From the NCBI RefSeq assembly GCF_001194135.2, contig NC_069003.1, forward strand, positions 29,122,984 through 29,186,983: a stretch of 64,000 bases of DNA, in the 5' to 3' direction. Position 1 is the first letter of the stretch. The number at the start of each line of letters is the position of its first letter. Both the position numbers and the translations under genes were made by a program. The DNA comes from Octopus bimaculoides (taxonomy: Eukaryota). Positions 1-11,660 of the stretch are shown piece by piece. A model generated the notes under the pieces. That model was not told the DNA's origin and did not search any database. It saw nothing but the letters and a program-made list of their open reading frames with translations.

Positions 1-1634
1 AACAGCAATTATAAAAAGCTTCGTCACCAACATTTTTTTCTTTATGATATTTCTGGATTTCATGTTCCTGTCCTGATATTCTTTGACTGGTTTCAGTAAC
101 AGATATGATTCCATGGAACTGCACCGCTTTCAAATGGCTTAGTCAATCATGTCGGCGACTGATCTCATTTCAGTCTGGTTCATATTTATCGATCTTTTTT
201 TAATCGAATGGCTATACTTTTTGGAATTTGGCATAAAGATCGCATTTCCACACACAAGGTTTGCATCGTCGTACACCTCTACAATCATAGACACGTCTAC
301 AATATAATGCGTGTGCGAGTGTCCGTGTACATGTATGTATTTGTATGCATGCATTTATACATATGTTTATTTATACATACATACATACACACACACGTAT
401 ACATGCGTCATACATATACACACACACACACATACACACACACACAAACACAGACACACAGACACACACACGCACTCGCACGCACACACACACACATATA
501 TATATAGATNNNNNNNNNNNNNNNNNNNNNNNNNNNNNNNNNNNNNNNNNNNNNNNNNNNNNNNNNNNNNNNNNNNNNNNNNNNNNNNNNNNNNNNNNNN
601 NNNNNNNNNNNNNNNNNNNNNNNNNNNNNNNNNNNNNNNNNNNNNNNNNNNNNNNNNNNNNNNNNNNNNNNNNNNNNATAGGACAAGCTTCAAACACTCG
701 TCAGGAGCAAGATAGCTGCGATTTAAGCTGTCTTTCTATTTTAACTTTTGAAAATCAGAATAAGATGTGAAACTCGTTAATCTTTACATGTAATAAAAAC
801 ATATATGGACTATTCTCAGTGCATTTTTAACTTCTGCTTTTTCCAATATTTCTACCCGTGTGTAATAAAATAACTTTGTTTTTTATATACATACATGCAT
901 ATATACATACATATGACAGTTTTTGTCTGCCAAATATTTTTCACATGGTGTTATTTATCAAATTGATGCGAGAATAAGCTGTTTTTTTTCTCCATTAAAT
1001 TTTATTGCCGCGCACATATAAAAGAATCTGTTGGTACATGATTGAGAAATGCGTATCTTAGGCGCTGAGTTCTCACTGTCTCCATTAGTCCGTAATTACT
1101 ACTGACTACGTTCTGAAGATACCATGTTATAGCAAAATGTAATATACAACCACATAATTGCGCAAGTTGCTTTGCTTTCTCTCTCATAAAGCTATACTTT
1201 CATCAAATGCTGCTTTACATCCAAACTGATTTGTTATAATGTCTGAAACATCAATGAAGATGTAATTTTCGACAGGGGAAGCGGTTTCTCAATTTTCATA
1301 ACAACGTTAGCGTCACATACCATGAAAACGTCAAGAATTATTAAATCTAGTCAAGCAGGAATTGGAATTATGTCGGTGAAACAATTAAGCATTCTGAAAG
1401 TGACCTTTTATACCATTTAGTTTCCTATATTTCTATTTTATTCTTTCAACATATATATCGTATTATCTTCAGGTAAATTACTTATCCGAAATTTCGTACG
1501 TACATGCATTAGTAATGATCACTATAGGAACAAAAGTTAGATTCAATTCTAACTAATAATATTCTCTTCATAAATGTAACAGCGTTGTTAGGAATAAGAA
1601 CAAGAAGCGATAACCATTTCTGGTGTTTATTACC

Positions 1635-2040
1635 TTTTCGCTTTTACTTGCTGTATTCATTGGACCGCGTCCAAGATAGGAACAACGCCATGAAGGGTTA
1701 GTCGAACAAATCACCCCCACCCCACCCCAGTGCTTATATTTTAGATTTGGTTCTCTTCTCTTCTGTTGGTTTCTTTTTCGCCGAACTGCTAAATTAGGGG
1801 CTGGGGCGTCAACAAATCAACACAGATTGTAAAAACGGGGTTGGGGCACAATTCAAAACATAATGCGAAATACACACGCACGCGCACGACATAAATATGC
1901 TGGACTCTTTCAGTGTCAATCTACCAAATCTACAGTTAATCTCTGGTCGGCCCAGGGTTATAGTAGAAAACCTTCCTCCAAGGTTATGAACCCGAAATCT
2001 TGTGTTTGGAAACCAAACTTCTTACCACACAACCACACCG
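1635..2040 (-). mobile_element. tRNA-derived SINE, family B (CORE-like centre, internal microsatellite), full length, diverged
   Basis: Reverse complement aligns by eye along its length to the copies at 22256-22637 and 43340-43652: Pol III-type head, central microsatellite and tail ending ...aagtaaaag. Confidence 0.75.
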
Positions 2041-2128
2041 AAAATATTTAAACTTATTTTCTTCATAGATTAAAAAGCGACGTTAACAATTACAAAGAGA
2101 GCAATAGCTATTTCTAATAAATGCGTAA

Positions 2129-2320
2129 GGGCAGCGAGCTTGCACAATCGTTAGCATACCGGGCGAAATACTTAACCGTTTTTCATCCGTCTTTACGATC
2201 TGACTTCAAATTGCGCCGAGGTTGACTTTGCCTTTCATCCTTCCGAGGTCGTTAAAATAAATACCAGTTTAACAGCGGGGTCAATGTAATCGACTCAAGC
2301 TCTCCCCGAAAATTTCTGGT
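2129..2320 (+). mobile_element. tRNA-derived SINE, family A
   Basis: Head GGCAGCGAGCTTGCACAATCGTTAGC, B-box-like TTCAAAT, centre GCCGAGGTTGACTTTGCCTTTCATCC shared with more than 10 copies in the window. Confidence 0.8.
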
Positions 2321-2482
2321 ACATAACTGGTAATTTAACTTATCAATCTCAACAAGAGAAAAGCAAAATTAATACGGGCGGCAAGCGAACTGATAACACG
2401 GAATCAGTATGTTAACAGCTCCTTTAACTAATTTATCGACTTGACACCTTAAAACTAATTGTAATATTCTTGTGAATTGTGA

Positions 2483-2710
2483 GGCGGCGATCTGACTGAA
2501 TTGTTAGCACGCCGGGTGGATTGCTTAGCGATTATTTAATCCGTCTTCATGTTTAGGGTTCAAATTCCGCCGAGGTCGATTTTTAAATTTTTTATCCTTT
2601 CGCTGTATACAAAATAAGTACTAGTCGTATTATTGGTGGTGGTAGGTGGTAAATGTAATCTACATATCCCCTCCCGCAAATTTGCTAGTATTGTGATAAA
2701 ATTTGAAACC
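2483..2710 (+). mobile_element. SINE family A
   Basis: GGCGGCGATCTG...GGGTTCAAATTCCGCCGAGGTCGA...AAATTTGAAACC, same architecture as the other family A copies. Confidence 0.8.
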
Positions 2711-3597
2711 GATATTCTGTTCAGAGGAGTCGTGATGTCGTTTACATTGTTTCCAGTATTGATTCCAGTATTTATTTTATCGATCCCGAACGGATGAAAA
2801 GCAACATCGATGGATTTACAGCTCAGAAACTTAAGAAGTCGGAAGAAAGAAATGCCTCTAGTCATTTTGTCCGACTTGTCAACAATTCTTCCACCTCACC
2901 ATCTTGATAATAATATTTCAAAAATTGCCTTACATATGTGAATAATAGACATGTTAGAAAGATGCAGCAAAAAAAGTATATGGAAATGTACAACTAAGTT
3001 ATATAAGACATGGAGAGGGCCGAGACGATACGCAATATATTTCTTTAAATTTTATAGAACAGAGGTTTTTAATAATACATAACTTGCTTATATAACTCAA
3101 CAAACCGCCATCTGCTTTCTTTATCTTTTCCTACTGATTGTCCAATAATTCGTTAGTGTTTGTATCATCGTGTCTTTTTTGTTGTTATTGCAAAATTTAT
3201 TTGAATTCTCTTAAAATCTGGTTCTTATTTCTGTCACAATACAATTTTCATTTATTTTTCTACTTGTAAGTAGCATATATCCGTTGGAAAAATTGATTTG
3301 CTTGTCATTTTTATTTATTCTGTTCACTACATTTAATTCGTGATTGCAAACTTTTCCATATTCGAGGGCGTTCCTGTACTAAGTAGGTGTGACGTTATTT
3401 TATGAGTGGTTTTCTTCACAAATTTAAATATTTTCCCAAAATTACGAGAAAATATATATACAATTAAAATCCTGTCCAACCTACTTAAGTAGAAAGTCCG
3501 TACTTATTAATATGTAACATCTAATTTTCCCTTGCTAAAATTCCAGAAGACTGAGAGATTGCGACAAAGAAGTTTTACCGTTGAAATAAGATATTAC

Positions 3598-3808
3598 TGG
3601 TTTCAAATTTTGGCACAAGTCCAGAAATTCTGGAAACGATTTCAGTCTACTGTATCACCCTAGTGCTCAAGTACTGGGGAACTTATCTAATCCGAATGGA
3701 TGAAAGACAAAATCGGTCGCGAGGTAATCTGAACTCAGAATGTAAGGCAGAAGAAATGCTGCTAAGAATTTTCCTCGGTGTGCTAACGATTCTTCCAATT
3801 CGCCGCTT
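3598..3808 (-). mobile_element. SINE family A (first of three adjacent copies)
   Basis: Reverse complement of family A head, centre and tail. Confidence 0.75.
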
Positions 3809-3834
3809 TGTATACATCAGTAATAATTAATAGA

Positions 3835-4033
3835 ATCCAATTTGGGCACAATGCCCAGTGCTATGGATAACATGGAGCCCAGATCTTTACTGGTACATTA
3901 ATTTTTCAACCCCGGTGAGATGAAATGTAGAATTGGCCTCGACAGTATTTTAGGTTAGAATGTAAAAATCAGGAAATAAAGCCTAAGACCAATTTTTTCC
4001 GAAGCTAAAACGGTTCGGCCAGTTCGCTGCCTT
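3835..4033 (-). mobile_element. SINE family A (second of three), more diverged
   Basis: Ends in CCAGTTCGCTGCCTT, the reverse complement of the family A head. Confidence 0.65.
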
Positions 4034-4059
4034 AGAAATAATGATAATGATAATAATAA

Positions 4060-4254
4060 TGGATCAAATTAGGGGAGCAATTTTTTGAGGGGGTAGGGAT
4101 GAATCGATTACACCGATCCCAGTGTCCAACGGTTTCTTATTTTTTCGACAGTGAATGGATGAATGGTAAACTTGAACTCAGAATGGAGCAGTAGACGAAA
4201 TACCGTTAAGCATTTCGCCCGGCGTGCTCTACGATTCTGCCAGCTCACTCCCTT
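4060..4254 (-). mobile_element. SINE family A (third of three)
   Basis: TTGAACTCAGAA...AAGCATTTCGCCCGGCGTGCT..CGATTCTGCCAGCTC is the reverse complement of the head. Confidence 0.8.
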
Positions 4255-4263
4255 AATAATAAT

Positions 4264-4968
4264 AAAGAACGGCAGGTCCCCATTATGTCGTATATGCCAA
4301 CAACAAAATGAGACCCTCGATCATGTTGTCTCCATGTGCAATTTGCTTGCGCCTACAGAGTATCTCAACAGGCATGATAGAGCTGCACAATATATTCACT
4401 GGGTAATTTGCAAAAACCTGGACTTGCCCCATAATAAAAACTGGTGGGAACACAAGCCACCCCCAGTACTTGAAAATGATCGCATCNNNNNNNNNNNNNN
4501 NNNNNNNNNNNNNNNNNNNNNNNNNNNNNNNNNNNNNNNNNNNNNNNNNNNNNNNNNNNNNNNNNNNNNNNNNNNNNNNNNNNNNNNNNNNNNNNNNNNN
4601 NNNNNNNNNNNNNNNNNNNNNNNNNNNNNNNNNNNNNNNNNNNNNNNNNNNNNNNNNNNNNNNNNNNNNNNNNNNNNNNNNNNNNNNNNNNNNNNNNNNN
4701 NNNNNNNNNNNNNNNNNNNNNNNNNNNNNNNNNNNNNNNNNNNNNNNNNNNNNNNNNNNNNNNNNNNNNNNNNNNNNNNNNNNNNNNNNNNNNNNNNNNN
4801 NNNNNNNNNNNNNNNNNNNNNNNNNNNNNNNNNNNNNNNNNNNNNNNNNNNNNNNNNNNNNNNNNNNNNNNNNNNNNNNNNNNNNNNNNNNTAACTAGTT
4901 GTCTCTTGAGGTCTCTGGCTGAGACTCGGATCCAACTTGTACAAATGCAAAACAAAAGTCAAACATAA

Positions 4969-4970
<2 letters not shown>
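4264..4970 (+). mobile_element. 5'-truncated RLE-type non-LTR retrotransposon (R4/Dong-like): CCHC zinc knuckle, start of the restriction-like endonuclease region, and 3' UTR
   Basis: Translation SPLCRICQQQNETLDHVVSMCNLLAPTEYLNRHDRAAQYIHWVICK...WWEHKPPPVLEND contains C-x2-C-x8-H-x4-C followed by RHD, typical of RLE elements. Gap at 4487-4891. A short 3' UTR follows, then (TAA)n. Confidence 0.8.

Positions 4971-5029
<59 letters not shown>
4968..5029 (+). repeat. (TAA)n microsatellite, tail or target of the R4/Dong-like element
   Basis: Direct reading. Confidence 0.95.
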
Positions 5030-5624
5030 GGTGATGTTGTTATAAGTAGTGTTTCATTCCCACTGACCAAAAACGAAAAAAATGTCTTCAGATTCCTTTG
5101 TCATACTGTCGAGACAATACAGAAACTTTTCCTTAAACATGGGTCTCAGATTCTTCAGTCGTTGTATGCAAAACTAATTGCAAATAATAGATTCCAGTAA
5201 ATTGTTGCTATAGAAATATGCGTAATTATTCTATTTCAGGAATGCTTTACGATTCGTATCGATTATATATTACAGAGAATAATTTCTACCTGCTGTGTTT
5301 CCTGAAAATATATTTAAGATATATTCTGCAGGATAACAATTCTGTTTTACTTACAATGGCATATATAAAGTCATTGTTGACAATCTCTTACACAAATCAC
5401 TTATTTATCAAACATTCTATTAGTTTATAATGTCATCTGTTTATATGTTTTAGATTTTGCTATAACAGCTGGTGTTTCACTGGGAGGATATTAACATCAG
5501 GATATTAATACCCTGATATTGATATAAAGATGAAGATATCGTCTTAGCTCACAGGAAGTTTTTGTTCTGCTAATTACATCCGATTGCAAACGCTCCGAAT
5601 AATACAGTTTAATATATCTTTTAT

Positions 5625-5750
5625 CATCTATTATTTACATGTTTGAGTCACTGAACTGTGTCATGCTGGGAGACCACCATAAAAGTTTTTAGTCGACTGC
5701 ACCCAACCGAGTACCTCTTTCTGTAGCTAAGTACTTATTCTATCGTACCT
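5625..5750 (-). mobile_element. SINE family B 3' fragment
   Basis: TTACATGTTTGAGTCA...CATGCTGGGAG..CCACC...AGTACTTATTCTATCG is the reverse complement of the family B tail. Confidence 0.5.
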
Positions 5751-6442
5751 GATGACAAAGGAATGACCAATTATCTTACCAATTTCATTAGCTTACATCT
5801 GTTTTCACTAGAATTTGCGTTGGACTCTAGTTAAATGCTTGACCAACAACTTACGGTTTCGTCAGTGCCTCAAACATGAAGCTTCTTTCATCTTATATTG
5901 GAAACAGCTGTAAGGTAATGAAGTTCATAATTTATCAGTCATTCTTTTGTCATCGTTTTTCCTTTATTACCATTTTGTACTCAACTAACGCTTCGTTCAG
6001 AAGCATACATATATTGAGTTCTACACCTAAAAATTAATATCGTAATGCGTAAGCGAAATATATGCATACATAATACATGCATACACACATACATAATATA
6101 TATATATATATATATANNNNNNNNNNNNNNNNNNNNNNNNNNNNNNNNNNNNNNNNNNNNNNNNNNNNNNNNNNNNNNNNNNNNNNNNNNNNNNNNNNNN
6201 NNNNNNNNNNNNNNNNNNNNNNNNNNNNNNNNNNNNNNNNNNNNNNNNNNNNNNNNNNNNNNNNNNNNNNNNNNNNNNNNNNNNNNNNNNNNNNNNNNNN
6301 NNNNNNNNNNNNNNNNNNNNNNTATATAAATATACATATATATATATACACACATATAGATACACGTATATATATATACATATATATACTTACATGTATA
6401 TATAAACATGCGTGCATGTTTATATCACAGACCTTTTCTCAG

Positions 6443-6527
6443 CCCGCTAAGGTGCGTGCCACGCAGTGGGGCAGAACTCGGAACAACGTGGTTGGGAAAC
6501 AAACTTTTACCCTACAACCACACCTTC
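6443..6527 (-). mobile_element. SINE family B head fragment
   Basis: GTGCCACGCAGTGGGGCAGAACTCGGAAC..CGTGGTTGGGAAACAAACTT matches the reverse complement of the head. Confidence 0.65.
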
Positions 6528-8524
6528 ACCGATGTGTAGATCATAAAAGAACATTTTAAAACGTGATTGGTGTGAAGCCAATATAGAATGCTGACCGGTT
6601 TTATTTCACTTCAGGTTTGTAATCAGTTAATATGAGAATTATCGAATGAATAAAATCAATTGTTAATTTGCTCTATCGAAATCTTCTGTCACAGCTTGTG
6701 ACATTTCCGATGATATTGTTACTACGTGGAAATCCCCCATTCGAACATAATGTCTAGCTCCACACACTGTGATATTTTACAGCATTGAATATAATATTAC
6801 TGTATTATTTCACAACTTTCATTCACTAAATTGATGACTGTTTAATGACCGTCACTTATCTTAATGATGTGAGTCTGTCGAAACAGTAATTAACAACTTT
6901 TTCACACCAGTAAGCATTAAAATAAACACATATGCACACACACACACACACAAACATAACCATACACACATGCGCACACACATAAACATAATCACACACA
7001 CAAACATACACACACACATTTACGGGCACACATGTTGATGCAATATGGACGAATGTTGAAGTAGATCGTTTCGAAAACATGAGGTCTTTGGTTCGCTTAC
7101 ACATCATGACATCTCGAACCTTAACTTGCGAATGAAATCGTTAGACGAAAACTTAGCGTCGGGGAGACTGTAGCTGTAATTGAAGCAGTCTTGTTACGCT
7201 GGTTTTAGATTCATAGTTAAGCAAAAGGGGTCCTTTATCCATGGAATACTCAACCGCATACACATTATTAGTGGCAGTGTGGGAAATTTATTCAATTCGT
7301 AACACAACTGTATCCCAACCATCAAACGATGGAAACCCAAAACCAAAACAAACACCCACACATACGCACGCGCACTTGCACACGAACTCGCACACGCGCT
7401 CACATACGCACATGCGGACAGCGATCCGAAGCACCATTTCATCCATTGTATCGAACTCAAATCCGCTCGTTTCTACGCCGAATAGATTCATGATAGTTTG
7501 AAGATGCTGTGTTTAAATTATTCAACACAATGTGTATGGCAGATGATGTTCTCATGATTACTCTGAAATATTTTCAAGCAGTCACCCAAGTTATTTTGTA
7601 GCCCTGAAGGTATACTATAGTGAGCGAGATTATTCCACTCAACATACGTTGTTTCCAAAATATTGCTACTTCAGAGAGAAATCTATTTTATTACTCTCTA
7701 AAACCGATGTACCAGATGCATGATTATAAACAACTTGTAATTCACAATTGATCTTAAGACTTAGTCAGTTCGCTGATTACTTCCGTACACACATTTGAAA
7801 ATATATACAAGCATTAACTGAAAGAAATGATTAGCTTCGGGCTGTAAAAGTTTAGGGAAAAGGGTAAAAAAAAAAAAGGAAAAGAAGTATGTACACGTTT
7901 AAACCTCATCAAGCATGAACACTGAAGCTGCAGAATTGACATTTATATGAAATGTGAATACAACCACTTTTGAATCCGGTGCAAAATAATATACGAAGAA
8001 CATTCCAAATAACATTGTAAATTAATAAACATATGTACGAAAATAAACCCGGATAAACATTTTTGTATGTTTCTATATATGTTTTCATCCTTGCTGTAAA
8101 CATTGAGCACAGAAGCATGATATAAATTGATAAAGAAGTTAAGGTCGTTCAGAGAAAAATATTTCTTCTCATATATCCTCTCAGATATTTGTGTATGTTT
8201 TACATTTATAAGATTGAGATATGCCATATTCAGGTATGCAAATAAATATGAAGTAAAATAATATAACACCCGTATACCAAAAAACCTTTTTCTCCTCTTT
8301 TCAGTGGTGAACAGGGGAGAGTTATCAATGTAATTGATTCATCTGTGTGAAATATTAGCCGAATCTATTCCAAATAACACTCAACCGCTTCTAAAAACAA
8401 GCATGTATTAGGTAATGTAGTTTAAAATACAAGACTCGCAAATATGTCGGGTAGCTCACGGTTACACGATTCCTTTGAGTATAAAGATGTTAAACCCTAG
8501 CGAATCTAGAATTAAACTACACTT

Positions 8525-8785
8525 ATAAGTGCATGGTTCCGAGTTCGATTCCTGCACCGAGCTGTGTGTTGTGTTCTTGAGCAAGGCACTTTATTTTCAC
8601 ATTGCTCCAGTTGATTCAGCTATAGAAATGAATTGCAACGTCACTGGTACCAAGCTGTACCGGCCTTTGCCTTTCCCTTGGATAAAATCAGTGGAGCGGA
8701 GAGCGGAAGCTGGTATGCATGGGCGACTGCTGGTATTCCACAAATGAAAGTTGTCCCGACTTATGCCCCGGGGGGTAACATTCTA
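8525..8785 (+). mobile_element. tRNA-derived SINE, family C
   Basis: B-box GAGTTCGATTCC, central TTCTTGAGCAAGGCACTTTATTTTCACATTGCTCCAG, and a tail shared with 24085-24242 and 54712-54858. Confidence 0.7.
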
Positions 8786-9766
8786 CACTTTAGTAACACT
8801 TCCCAGATTCTTCAAGTAACATACATGCATTCATAAATACAGAGTTACACAAACATGCATGCATATATAGCATATATATTTGTGTGTGTGCACCGGCGCA
8901 AGGATGTGTGTGTTTGCATGAATTTGTATTTTACCGTGATTCTATTTCGTTTTTACTCCCTAACACCGAAGCTAGGAATAATTCTAATGCGGTGATACTT
9001 GTTTATCGAGCGATATTTTATCGAAAGTTACGTTATTCCGAAACGAAACCGTTACCAACCGGGTACCAGAGATGTATATACGCTAAGAGACATGCGTCAG
9101 GGTGCGAGCATATACAAGCACGTGCACATACTCTCAAGCTCGAAGAAAGAATGGACACATCAAGGATTTTTTTTTCCATTTTACATATATAAATTATACT
9201 CGTGTATGCCATAAAGTATTATTGAGTAAAGAGAGTGAGGAAGTAAGTACAAATCTTAAGAAGGAGATAGTGAGTAAGAGAGAAACAAGATAAATGATAC
9301 AAATCGAAAAGCTCTACACTAATTCACCCTGTTCATATTTTCGAGTGATGATCAATAGAATACTTATTAAAAACTAATATTTTATACGTCGCAACTTATC
9401 TACATTAAGAGAATGACGGTTCCGCAACTTGTTGTTGAAGTAGCAGACTTGAACTGCTTATAATGATGCAGGATTGCTGCTGTATATTAGCTGACTTCCT
9501 CCGTCTAATTAACATTGCCTGTTTAGGTGCACTTTGTACCACAAGTGATCGCAGAGCAATGTGAAATGAAGTGTTTTAATCATCGATGATTAATGAATGT
9601 GCACTCTCAAACATACAAACACATATATAGGCAGTCACGCTGGTGTACACACAGAATAAGGCACGCACTTACGCACGTACATACAGAGACACACATTCTT
9701 CGTTTACTCTCACACTTCCCTTCATTTGTAAGTGAGTAGAAATCTATATACTAATACAAGCATATA

Positions 9767-9890
9767 TACGTAGTCTGACCAATAAGTATCCGGACTGTTG
9801 CCGTAGTAACGAAACTAAAGCATACAGAGTAAGTCCGCTTGGCACAGATTAACCTTGAGTTCAAACTGACATTGCCTGAGCAGGTTCACA
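9767..9890 (+). mobile_element. Tc1/mariner terminal inverted repeat fragment
   Basis: TA|CGTAGTCTGACCAATAAGTATCCGGAC resembles mariner terminal repeats with a TA target. No partner repeat found nearby. Confidence 0.45.
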
Positions 9891-9934
9891 CTGCACCACA
9901 GCTTAGATAGAGAGGTCGTTGTAGAGCAACGAAA

Positions 9935-10040
9935 AAAATAAAGCATTTTGTTCGAGAGCGCAATGTACCACCCGGTCCGGTAATCGAAACTACGATCTTG
10001 CGATCGTCGTTACAACATTCTAACTAATAAGCTACAAGCC
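9935..10040 (-). mobile_element. tRNA-like SINE head fragment (family D-like)
   Basis: CCCGGTCCGGTAATCGAAACTACGATCTTGCGATC parallels 52468-52505. Confidence 0.5.
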
Positions 10041-10904
10041 GTCACAAATTAAACTAATACTTCGGCATGTTTTCTACTAAGCATTACAAAAAGCAATGCC
10101 AAATTCCTGCACCGACCAACCTGCCTTACTTTTTCAGCATTGCATATCAATATCTAAGTTATCCAACCAAACCTTTCTTTTTCTGTAACGCCAGGATGTA
10201 GTAACCATAGATTGAAGTGGCAGCTATTTCTAGCAGTTGAGCTATCGCTTTGAGCATGATTATTGTGTTTTGTTACAACGTTACAGAATCCGTGGGTGTG
10301 AACGATCGAACAGAAATAGGCCTTGTCTCCTCTGTCCGGAAATAATCAGCAATGACGTCCGTCTGGATTAATTTCCAGACTGACGTCATCGGCGCAGATA
10401 CAGGAGGAACGACCGTGCATTCAATCGACCTGTGAAAAATAACAGACGTAAAATATATGGAGACACAACCGTGAGTTTACCACTTGAGAGAAGAGCCGTA
10501 TTGTGATGGAGGGTTGATTGTCGCCAGAAAATAAATACGTAAATTTTAAGCGAGACTGGAATTGGTAAGTGATTTGGTAAATCGAGTTTAATTAATGACG
10601 AAACAAATATACCCTTTAAATAAACTATCAAATGACACACACGCGCGCACACACACACGCGCTCACACACACACGCACAGACGCACACGCACATACACAC
10701 ACATATACTCACAAAAACACACACACACACAAACACGCACACACACATACACACACATATACTCACAAAAACATACACACACACAAACACGCACACACAC
10801 ATACACACACATATACTCACAAAAACACACACACACACGCACAGACGCACACGCACATACACACACATATACTCACAAACACACACACACACACACACAT
10901 ACAT

Positions 10905-11107
10905 CAGTGTCTGTGTTTGCGTTTATCTCACCACCTTCGCTTGACAACTGATGTTGGTGTGTTTACGTTCCTGTTATTAGCGGTTGGACAAAAGACACCA
11001 GTAGAATAAGTACTACACTTACAAAACTAAATCCTAGGGGCGATTTGTTCGACTAAACAATCCTTTTCGGCGTTTCTCCTGTCACACGACTGAAACAAGT
11101 AAAAGAA
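10905..11107 (+). mobile_element. SINE family B 3' half, preceded by an expanded CA-rich repeat (10635-10905)
   Basis: CGCTTGACAACTGATGTTGGTGTGTTTACG...ATAAGTACT...GACTGAAACAAGTAAAAGAA. Confidence 0.75.
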
Positions 11108-11593
11108 TATATATATATATATATATATATATAAACAATATATGAGTATATGCATATATACGTTCATCTACATGTACATATAGATACATAACTGGATACA
11201 TGACGTGGCAAAAGAACAAGGACAAAATGGTAAACAAAGTGCAACAAACAAGCAGGCCACATAGAAACATCCCCTTCATCAGCTGCCACCATTAAAACTC
11301 CGGCGTTTCGAAGAATTAAGGCAGTACGCATCGTTAAAATGGTTCTTCCCACGAACACAAATTAAATTGTTTTCGTGGAGGGTAGTGGCGGACGGAAAAC
11401 AAAACAGGAAAACGAAACGGTGAAATAAACAAACAAAAAGGCTGTACAGGGAAGAATGAGAGGGGGAGATAGAAATAGAGAGAGTCGCGTTAGAAAAATA
11501 GTTACAACTTACTGTATAAAGGTTAACGCGTGCGTTCTGTCGTGATACAAACAATATATGAGTATATGCATATATATGTACATATATATATAG

Positions 11594-11660
<67 letters not shown>

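Noticed and set aside
208-770. Long HT/CV/YI-repeat and X-rich ORFs here and throughout the ORF track
   Set aside because: They are translations of dinucleotide microsatellites and N gaps, not genes.
7408-7506. Possible 99-nt minus-strand exon (HLQTIMNLFGVETSGFEFDTMDEMVLRIAVRMC)
   Set aside because: The acceptor lacks a pyrimidine tract, the donor lies in a GT-repeat, and no homology is recognised.
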